64,000 nt of DNA from Candidatus Poseidoniaceae archaeon (GTDB lineage: Archaea; Thermoplasmatota; Poseidoniia; Poseidoniales; Poseidoniaceae), in assembly GCA_965659685.1 (NCBI GenBank), contig CBFHXB010000002.1, positions 71,903-135,902 on the forward strand, read 5' to 3'. The position numbers and the translations under genes are program-made. The notes beneath the pieces were generated by a model that ran no database searches, was not told where the DNA came from, and saw nothing but the letters and a program-made list of their open reading frames with translations. The first letter of the stretch is position 1. Each line of letters opens with the position of its first letter. Below, piece by piece: positions 42,249-48,776 of this stretch.

Positions 42249-45200
42249 ATGACCGACGAAAACATTCCACCCGCACCCCCCGGTCTCCCACCTGCTCCTC
42301 CCGCCCCTCCCGGCCTTCCACCGGCGCCCCCAATGCCACCCGGCATGGGCGCTCCCCCTGCCCCTCCCGGCATGGAAGCTCCACCGGCTCCTCCCGGCCT
42401 CCCCCCTGCTCCACCGATGCCTCCTGGCATGGAAGCACCTCCCGCGCCTCCCGGCATGGATCCGCTCGCTGCTCCTCCCGCGCCTCCCGGCATGGATCCG
42501 CTCGCTGCTCCTCCCGCGCCTCCCGGCATGGATCCGCTCTCCGCTCCTCCCGCCCCACCCGGCATGGGCGCGCTCGCCGCTCCTCCCGCGCCTCCCGGCA
42601 TGGACGCGCTCGCCGCTCCTCCCGCCCCTCCCGGCATGGACGCGCTTGCTGCTCCTCCCGCTCCTCCCGGCATGGACGCGCTTGCTGCTCCTCCCGCCCC
42701 TCCTGGCTTGGACCCGCTCATCTCCGATGGGCTGATGCCCCCTGCGCCTCCTGCGTTAGAGCCCTTGACGGAAGACGAGTTGGAATCCTTGGAAGAACCG
42801 TCCGAAGCACTTGCAACGGACCCCTTGGCCATGCCCGCGCCTCCCGCACCTCCTGGTCTCGAAGCACTTGCAGCGGACCCCTTGGCCATGCCCGCGCCTC
42901 CCGCACCTCCCGGTCTCGAAGCACCTGCCGAGGACCCCTTGGCCATGCCCGCGCCTCCCGCACCTCCCGGTCTCGAAGCGCCGGCCGAGGACCCCTTGGC
43001 CATGCCCGCACCTCCTGCCCCTCCCGGCATGGACGCGCTCGCAGCCCCACCCGCTCCGCCAGGCCTTGACCCGCTCGCCGCGGATGCTTTGCTCGCACCT
43101 CCGGCGCCACCCGCGCTCGACATGCCTGCCGAGGACCCGTTGGCCATGCCTGCCCCACCCGCCCCTGCTGGGCTTGATCCGCTGGCAGCGGATGCACTTC
43201 TCGCGCCCCCCGCTCCTCCCGCTGATCCTCTGGCGGCGGATGCCTTGATGGCACCACCCGAGCCGCCTGCAGACCTCCCTGACCTGACCGCAGCCCTCCC
43301 TGTTGAGGGCGTACAGGGCGCAGGCGAGGACAAGGTGGACGCAACCGAAGAAGGCCTGTCTGGCGTGGTTGCCGGTGCAGTCTTGCGGTCCTCCGACGAA
43401 GTCGACAGCATTGCGGGCGACAAGCTCGAAGGAAGCATTCACGAAGTGGAAGACACCACCGTGGATGCGGACGGTCACGTGACCAAGCAGAAGGTCACGG
43501 GGACCCTTACGCTGTCGAACCCTTCCAAGGACGACCGTGTCTACGACGTGGACGCCGTCATGTCCGATTCGTCCTCGACGAACCTCAAGGGGAACGTGGT
43601 GAGCGTCGAAGAACTGGAGCCCGGTCAGGAGCATGCCGTGTCGTACACCGTGTCCGACCGCAACATGCTGATGATGGCAGAGCGCTTCGACACCAACCCG
43701 GCTCGGGACAAGGAGCGCTCGCTTTCCTTGGCCATGGGCGCTGAGAACACGATTTCCCTCGAATTGGAGGTCCGCAACGTTGCGTCCACCGGTTTGCACG
43801 ATGTCGTCGTGACCCGCCCGCTTCCTGACGGCATGAACGTCACCGAAGTGGAGCACGCCACCGTTGAGGACGGTACGCTCACGTGGGACGTCGGCCACCT
43901 TGACGTCGGTGCATCGAGCACCATCGTGGTGCGAGGAACCCTCGTCGCCACCGGCAAGGACCCCGTTTCCAGCGGTGCGGCCACCGCCACCTACCGTGCT
44001 GACGCCGCCCTGTCCACGATGAACTTCGAGGATTTGGACGCCTTCTGCCGCGGTTTCGCTTACATGCGATCCGTCGAAGGTGAACGCCCTGACACGTGGG
44101 AAGTCACCGCCGTGTTCGAGAACCGTTCCTCCTTTGCCGTGGACTTGGTCAAGCTTCAGGCTCGGCTCAAAGGCAGCGATGAGTTGCTGTTCGACTTCAG
44201 CGACGTGAACGAAGACGTCGCTCCCCATGGCGAGTGGCGGTCTGAATCGGTCAGCGTTGCCTCGGCCGAGAAGCCGGACCTGACGTGGGAACTCTCCTAC
44301 ACCGTGCTGCCGCGCACCAGCGCCACCACCGAGGGTACGCTCACAATGACGCCACGCGATTTGGCCATCGTTGACGCAACGGTGGAGAAGTCCTACAGCA
44401 AATCGAAGCTTCATTCCTACCGTGAGCAAACTGTTCAGGCAGAGATCCGCATCACCAACACCGGTTCGTCCGACATCAACCTGATGCGTCTCACCGACGA
44501 CATCCCTGGCGTGTTCCACGCCGTGGACAGCTCGACCCTGAAGATCAAGCAGGCCGGACAATCCCTGCCTCCCGAGCAATTCAAGGCCGATGTCAGCGAA
44601 GGCATCACCCTCGAAGGCGAACACCACAGCCCTGACGGCGCAGGTCACACCCTGACCTTGACCATCGGGCGCAAGGGTCCCATCGGCATGGCTCCCGGCG
44701 AAGTCGTGGTCGTGACCTACGACCTCGTGGCGCCCGACCCTTCGCCTCAGAACGAACGCGTGGACGCCCCAATCCGTGGCGAATTCAGTTGCGAGCGCTT
44801 TGGCCCAGTCTGTGAGCGTGACGTCGAGTCGGCTCCATCGGTCCGTGTTGTCCACAACCGCCGTGACTTTTCGGCGGGCAAGCAGGCCTTGAAGGTCGGA
44901 GGGCGTGGCCGTTACGAAGTGCTGATCCTCTTCGAGAACAACGGCGACACGCCCCTGGCTGACGTCCAGCTCAAGGACGTCATTCCGCCCGGCTACGAGA
45001 TGACGGACTGCGAAGTGCGTGCGAACAACTCGGCCCTCGAGAACGTTGAGACCAGCCAGGAGACGGACGCCACAGGCACCACCGTCATCTGGCATCTTCC
45101 AAGCGTCGGCAAGGCCGAGCGCATCGACGTGGCCTACATGATCAAGGGCGAAGGAGACATCGACACCGACCTCCTCAACACCTTCCACGGCGCCGTCTTT

Positions 45201-45629
45201 GGCGACGAAATCGAGGACGATGACGCAGAACCCGAAGCACCTGCAGAAGCCGAAGAGGCTTCCGAGGAAGTTGAGAGTGCACCTGCGGTGAAGTTCCGAG
45301 ACGACGTGCTCGACCGCGTCATGGACGCCCACGGCATCGACAGCGAGCACCGTGACGCCTTCATCGCCCACGCCGCCGCGTTCGACCACGACGGCAACAA
45401 CTACCTCAAGAAGCAGGAGTTGGAGGACGCCGCCACCGCATGGAACGAAGCACACGGTGATTCTTCCGAGGACGAGGGCATCGCAGAAGCCGAGGAAGAA
45501 GCGGAAGCATCCGAAAGCGACGACGCGGAGGTCGAATCGGCAGAGACCAAGTCTTGCCCGATCTGCATGAAGGACGTTGCAGCGGACGCCACCGAGTGCG
45601 ACTGCGGATTCAAGTTCGAGGAGAACTGA
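42249..45629 (+). CDS. Signal-less 1126-aa repeat protein with a poly-PPxPPG region, beta-sandwich (DUF11/CARDB-like) repeats, an EF-hand-like loop and a C-terminal zinc ribbon
   Basis: The ATG at 42249 is preceded by AGGAGG 8 nt upstream. The in-frame upstream extension overlaps the divergent GPN gene. There is no hydrophobic N-terminus or TM segment anywhere. DHDGNNYLKKQELEDA fits an EF-hand loop. The protein ends CPICMKDVAADATECDCGFKFEEN*. Confidence 0.85.
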   Translation: MTDENIPPAPPGLPPAPPAPPGLPPAPPMPPGMGAPPAPPGMEAPPAPPGLPPAPPMPPGMEAPPAPPGMDPLAAPPAPPGMDPLAAPPAPPGMDPLSAPPAPPGMGALAAPPAPPGMDALAAPPAPPGMDALAAPPAPPGMDALAAPPAPPGLDPLISDGLMPPAPPALEPLTEDELESLEEPSEALATDPLAMPAPPAPPGLEALAADPLAMPAPPAPPGLEAPAEDPLAMPAPPAPPGLEAPAEDPLAMPAPPAPPGMDALAAPPAPPGLDPLAADALLAPPAPPALDMPAEDPLAMPAPPAPAGLDPLAADALLAPPAPPADPLAADALMAPPEPPADLPDLTAALPVEGVQGAGEDKVDATEEGLSGVVAGAVLRSSDEVDSIAGDKLEGSIHEVEDTTVDADGHVTKQKVTGTLTLSNPSKDDRVYDVDAVMSDSSSTNLKGNVVSVEELEPGQEHAVSYTVSDRNMLMMAERFDTNPARDKERSLSLAMGAENTISLELEVRNVASTGLHDVVVTRPLPDGMNVTEVEHATVEDGTLTWDVGHLDVGASSTIVVRGTLVATGKDPVSSGAATATYRADAALSTMNFEDLDAFCRGFAYMRSVEGERPDTWEVTAVFENRSSFAVDLVKLQARLKGSDELLFDFSDVNEDVAPHGEWRSESVSVASAEKPDLTWELSYTVLPRTSATTEGTLTMTPRDLAIVDATVEKSYSKSKLHSYREQTVQAEIRITNTGSSDINLMRLTDDIPGVFHAVDSSTLKIKQAGQSLPPEQFKADVSEGITLEGEHHSPDGAGHTLTLTIGRKGPIGMAPGEVVVVTYDLVAPDPSPQNERVDAPIRGEFSCERFGPVCERDVESAPSVRVVHNRRDFSAGKQALKVGGRGRYEVLILFENNGDTPLADVQLKDVIPPGYEMTDCEVRANNSALENVETSQETDATGTTVIWHLPSVGKAERIDVAYMIKGEGDIDTDLLNTFHGAVFGDEIEDDDAEPEAPAEAEEASEEVESAPAVKFRDDVLDRVMDAHGIDSEHRDAFIAHAAAFDHDGNNYLKKQELEDAATAWNEAHGDSSEDEGIAEAEEEAEASESDDAEVESAETKSCPICMKDVAADATECDCGFKFEEN
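42264..43285 (+). repeat. In-frame tandem coding repeats (about 39-nt and about 57-nt periods) encoding some 24 PPxPP units
   Basis: Units such as APPAPPGMD(P/A)LA (13 aa) are repeated about 8 times with near-identical DNA. Units DPLAMPAPPAPPGLEA(L/P)A(A/E) (19 aa) are repeated about 4 times, with degenerate copies on both sides. Confidence 0.9.
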
Positions 45630-45630
45630 A

Positions 45631-46050
45631 TCAGAACGGAAGTTGCCACCGGGGCGCCAGCTCCGGGTCTTCGTCTTCGTCAACGATGAGGATGACCGGA
45701 CGGCGCATGCTCACGAGCAGTTCCTCCAGCGGTGTCCGTGTTGCCGGTGCCATGGTGCCCACGCGGAGATCCACTGCAAGCCAAGCTTCCGGGTACTGCC
45801 GCATCCAAGCCCCGAGTTCAGCCTCGATGGACTCAGGTGGCGCTCCAGGACGAACGCTTGGCAAATGACCCCAGCCCTGCGGGCAGCGTTGCTCCATCTC
45901 CGTCCAGAGGAAGACGCGTGGCGCGCTGGGCAGGCGTGCGAGTTGGGCTTCGGCCTCCTCCAAGGTGGCGCTGACCGGCTGTCCGGGCATCGGCATTGGG
46001 AGCGGGTGCGCCCAGCCCGGATTGACATCGAGTGGACTTCGGCGGCGCAT
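45631..46050 (-). CDS. Hypothetical 139-aa protein
   Basis: It is the most protein-like of three overlapping ORFs in this interval (... LEELLVSMRRPVILIVDEDEDPELAPRWQLPF*). Its stop lies 1 nt from the upstream convergent stop. No family recognised. Confidence 0.4.
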   Translation of the reverse strand: MRRRSPLDVNPGWAHPLPMPMPGQPVSATLEEAEAQLARLPSAPRVFLWTEMEQRCPQGWGHLPSVRPGAPPESIEAELGAWMRQYPEAWLAVDLRVGTMAPATRTPLEELLVSMRRPVILIVDEDEDPELAPRWQLPF

Positions 46051-46196
46051 GGTGGGCGGTTGACGGGGAGGGACTTGAAGGCATCAGCCGTCCGTGTGGA
46101 CGGGCGAACGTTCATGCCGTGCATTCACGCCGTCGGGGTGTGAGCACCCCATCGGCCCCCGGCGGCCCCGCACCGCCTGCGCCCCCTCAAGGCGCC

Positions 46197-47072
46197 ATGT
46201 TCACCATGCTGGCCATGATGCTCATGATGGTCTTGCTCGTCGTCAATCCGAACATTCGGAACACGCTTGGGGACATCGCTGACCCGATCTTGTCCCCAGT
46301 GCTCCCCGAGGAGCGCTTCGTCATTATCACCTTGCTCATTTTGGGCAGCGCATCGATGCTGGTGAACACCGTCTTGCGCAACCTGTTCATGGATCCGATT
46401 GCACAGGCCCACCTCCAGCACCGGCAGGGTCAGGTGCGTCAAATCATGAACGAGGCTCGCATGTCCCGGGACTCGACCCTTCAGGACAAGGCCATGACCT
46501 TGCAACAGCAGATGATGCCCGAGCAACTCAGCGTGCAAATGGGCGCCATGAAACCGATGATGTTCACCATGGTGTTCATCATCGCTATTTTTGCTTGGCT
46601 GACGACCACCGTGGAAGACTTCCGTGTGGGCTACATCTCCCTGCCGTGGGCGCCAGAATGGGGTCTGAATGATCGCTTTCTCTTGTTCCCTGCATGGATT
46701 TGTGCCTACATTTGCATGAGTGCGCCGTTGGGTCGCGTGGTGGACCGGCACATCAAACTCCTCCGCTACCGCAACCATCCCTTGGTGAAGGCCGAGGAGA
46801 CCATCCCTGAGCCGCTCCTTCACCTGATTCAAGGAAAGAAGGGGAGCGGCGATGGCTCCACCAAGCGTCGTCAAGAACAGCGCCGCCGCCGCGACGGACC
46901 ACGCAAGCGCAACGACGAAGCCGCGGCTGCAAAGACGGAAGATGGCGAGACGGCGCCCAAGGCTTCCTCGGCAGCCAAAGATCTGGCGTGCCCTACCTGT
47001 TGGAGCGATCAAGTGCGCCGTGAAGGGCCACGGACCAAGGTCTGCCAAACCTGCTTCCACGAGTGGGTGTGA
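46197..47072 (+). CDS. DUF106/EMC3-like (archaeal YidC/Oxa1-superfamily) membrane protein with basic linker and C-terminal zinc ribbon
   Basis: TM1 is MFTMLAMMLMMVLLVV. A Met/Gln-rich coiled hairpin follows (MNEARMSRDSTLQDKAMTLQQQMMPEQLSVQMGAMKPMM), then TM2/TM3. It holds the conserved position immediately upstream of cmk-cbf5. The tail is KRRQEQRRRRDGPRKRND ... CPTCWSDQ ... CQTCFHEWV*. Confidence 0.75.
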   Translation: MFTMLAMMLMMVLLVVNPNIRNTLGDIADPILSPVLPEERFVIITLLILGSASMLVNTVLRNLFMDPIAQAHLQHRQGQVRQIMNEARMSRDSTLQDKAMTLQQQMMPEQLSVQMGAMKPMMFTMVFIIAIFAWLTTTVEDFRVGYISLPWAPEWGLNDRFLLFPAWICAYICMSAPLGRVVDRHIKLLRYRNHPLVKAEETIPEPLLHLIQGKKGSGDGSTKRRQEQRRRRDGPRKRNDEAAAAKTEDGETAPKASSAAKDLACPTCWSDQVRREGPRTKVCQTCFHEWV

Positions 47073-47074
47073 CC

Positions 47075-47617
47075 ATGGTCCGCGTGACCGTCTCCGGTCA
47101 TCCAGGCAGCGGGACCTCCACCTTGGTGGCGGCGTTGGCCGAACGCTACGGTTGGACCACCCTCAACGGCGGTCAGGTGTTTCGCGAAGAAGCGGCCCGC
47201 CGTGGCATGGACCTGGGCTCGTTCGGACGCCTTTGCGCTGAAGACGCATCCGTGGATCGTGACCTCGACGCCCTCCTTCAGGAGCGGATGCAGGCCGATG
47301 GAGGGCCCGACGTGGTTGAAAGCCGCATGGCAGGATGGTGGGCGTACCGCCTTGGTTTGGACTGCCTGCGTGTTTGGCTCGATGTCGATGAATCGGAGCG
47401 CGCGCGACGCGTGGTGATGCGGGAAGGCGGTGACCTTGACGCCGCACTGCAAGCCAACCGGGAACGTCGTGCCGTGGACGGTGCTCGCTTTGAGGAACTC
47501 TACGGCTTGCAACCTGAAGATGCGGAACCCTATTCACATAGGCTCGACGCGAGTCGACTTGACGCTGCAGCGGTCGTTGAGGCCGTCGTGGCGATGATTG
47601 AGGAGGATTCGGTATGA
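47075..47617 (+). CDS. cmk: Cytidylate kinase, archaeal type
   Basis: MVRVTVSGHPGSGTSTLVAALAERYG carries the P-loop. Size and position before cbf5 fit. ATG at 47075 lies 2 nt after the upstream stop. Confidence 0.8.
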   Translation: MVRVTVSGHPGSGTSTLVAALAERYGWTTLNGGQVFREEAARRGMDLGSFGRLCAEDASVDRDLDALLQERMQADGGPDVVESRMAGWWAYRLGLDCLRVWLDVDESERARRVVMREGGDLDAALQANRERRAVDGARFEELYGLQPEDAEPYSHRLDASRLDAAAVVEAVVAMIEEDSV

Positions 47618-48585
47618 CCCACATTGTGCTCGACGCAGAGGCCACGACCGATCCTGCCTTCGGGCAACGCCCGAATGAGCGCAGCGTGGAGGAGCGAATC
47701 GCTGCTGGCGTGCTGCTTTTGGACAAGCCTGCCGGGCCCACCTCACACCAAGTGGCCGCTTGGGTCCGCGATCGTTTCGGCCTCGAACGCATGGGTCACG
47801 GCGGTACGCTTGATCCGTTCGCAACGGGTGTGCTCCCCCTCACGTTTGGCAAATCGATGCGCCTGACCGGCAAAGTGCTCACCCACGACAAGACCTACAT
47901 CGCCGTGCTTGACGTTCCCGAAGCGATCGACGACGAGGCCCTGGAAGCCGCACTCGCCCGTCTCCGTGGACGTGTCTATAACGTCCCTCCCGAGATTTCT
48001 GCGGTCAAGGTTCAGGTCCGGACCCGACGCATCGAGCGATTGGTGTTGCTCAACCGAAGCCCGACGCACATCGTGGTCGAAGTGGCCTGCGAAGCGGGCA
48101 CGTACATTCGAACCATGGCCCGCGATCTTGGTCTTCTGCTCGACCGACCGGTCAAGCTGATCGAACTTCGCCGCTCGGCTTCTGGCCGATTCGACCTGAG
48201 CGCGTCTGCAACCCTGCAACAGGTGGCCGATGCCCATTGGCTTTGGTCCTCTGAAGGGAAGAGTGAGGCCTTGCTGCGTCTGCTTCACCCCATCGAGATC
48301 CTGGCGGAAGACCTGCCAAGGGTCGTGGTGCGGGACGCTGCGGTGGGCGCCGTGGCTCATGGCGCCCCGCTGATGCGACCTGGTGTGGTGTCCGTGGACG
48401 GTGGTTGGACCGCCGGTTCGTTGGTGGCGGCCATGTCGCTGAAGGGCGAACTGATCGCCCTGATGCGTTTGAGCGTTGACAGCACCTCCATTCAAGGCCT
48501 GTCCGATGGCGAAGTGGCCAAGGCAGAAACGGTGGTCATGACGACCGAGGTGTACCCTCGTTCGTGGGCTTCCAAAGAAGCTTGA
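47614..48585 (+). CDS. cbf5: H/ACA RNP pseudouridine synthase Cbf5 (TruB family) with PUA domain
   Basis: LLLDKPAGPTSHQV and GHGGTLDPFATGVLPL (catalytic Asp motif) are present, with a C-terminal PUA-like region. An ATGA overlap links it to cmk. Confidence 0.9.
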   Translation: MTHIVLDAEATTDPAFGQRPNERSVEERIAAGVLLLDKPAGPTSHQVAAWVRDRFGLERMGHGGTLDPFATGVLPLTFGKSMRLTGKVLTHDKTYIAVLDVPEAIDDEALEAALARLRGRVYNVPPEISAVKVQVRTRRIERLVLLNRSPTHIVVEVACEAGTYIRTMARDLGLLLDRPVKLIELRRSASGRFDLSASATLQQVADAHWLWSSEGKSEALLRLLHPIEILAEDLPRVVVRDAAVGAVAHGAPLMRPGVVSVDGGWTAGSLVAAMSLKGELIALMRLSVDSTSIQGLSDGEVAKAETVVMTTEVYPRSWASKEA

Positions 48586-48776
48586 TCACGCTTCGATGTA
48601 CTCTTCGTAGATGTATTCGTCTGTTTCAATGCGGATTTTCAATTCCGGCATGGTCCCCACAACCTCTCCTGCCGTTACCGGACGGCCCCCACGGCCTCAG
48701 GAGGAACCACACCCGCGACTCTTCGCATATGAAGGTTCATCGTGACGCACGCATTATGCGTCCGACGGGGGTGGGT

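Noticed and set aside
42264-43285. Possible CRISPR-like or non-coding tandem array
   Set aside because: The repeats are contiguous with no unique spacers. They stay in one open frame for more than 1 kb and encode a coherent PPxPPG peptide repeat. No cas genes are present.
42756-45683. 975-aa minus-strand ORF, the second-longest ORF in that region
   Set aside because: It is the antisense shadow of the 42249-45629 gene. Its composition is R/G/H/V-rich with no motif, signal or domain periodicity. The sense strand has an AGGAGG Shine-Dalgarno, coherent repeats and recognisable modules. Long antisense ORFs are expected in GC-rich DNA.
45577-46143. Alternative ORFs 45577-46143 (plus) and 45711-46124 (minus) in the gap before the DUF106 gene
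   Set aside because: They are mutually exclusive with 45631-46050 (minus), which has the more protein-like composition and a tidy stop next to the convergent gene. All three remain weak and only one is listed, at low confidence.
48660-48715. H/ACA guide RNA next to cbf5 (CTCCTG ... CAGGAG stem followed by ACA)
   Set aside because: Only a 6-bp lower stem forms. There is no convincing pseudouridylation pocket, upper stem or K-turn/K-loop, and the ACA spacing is not right. I keep it only as something a covariance search could revisit.
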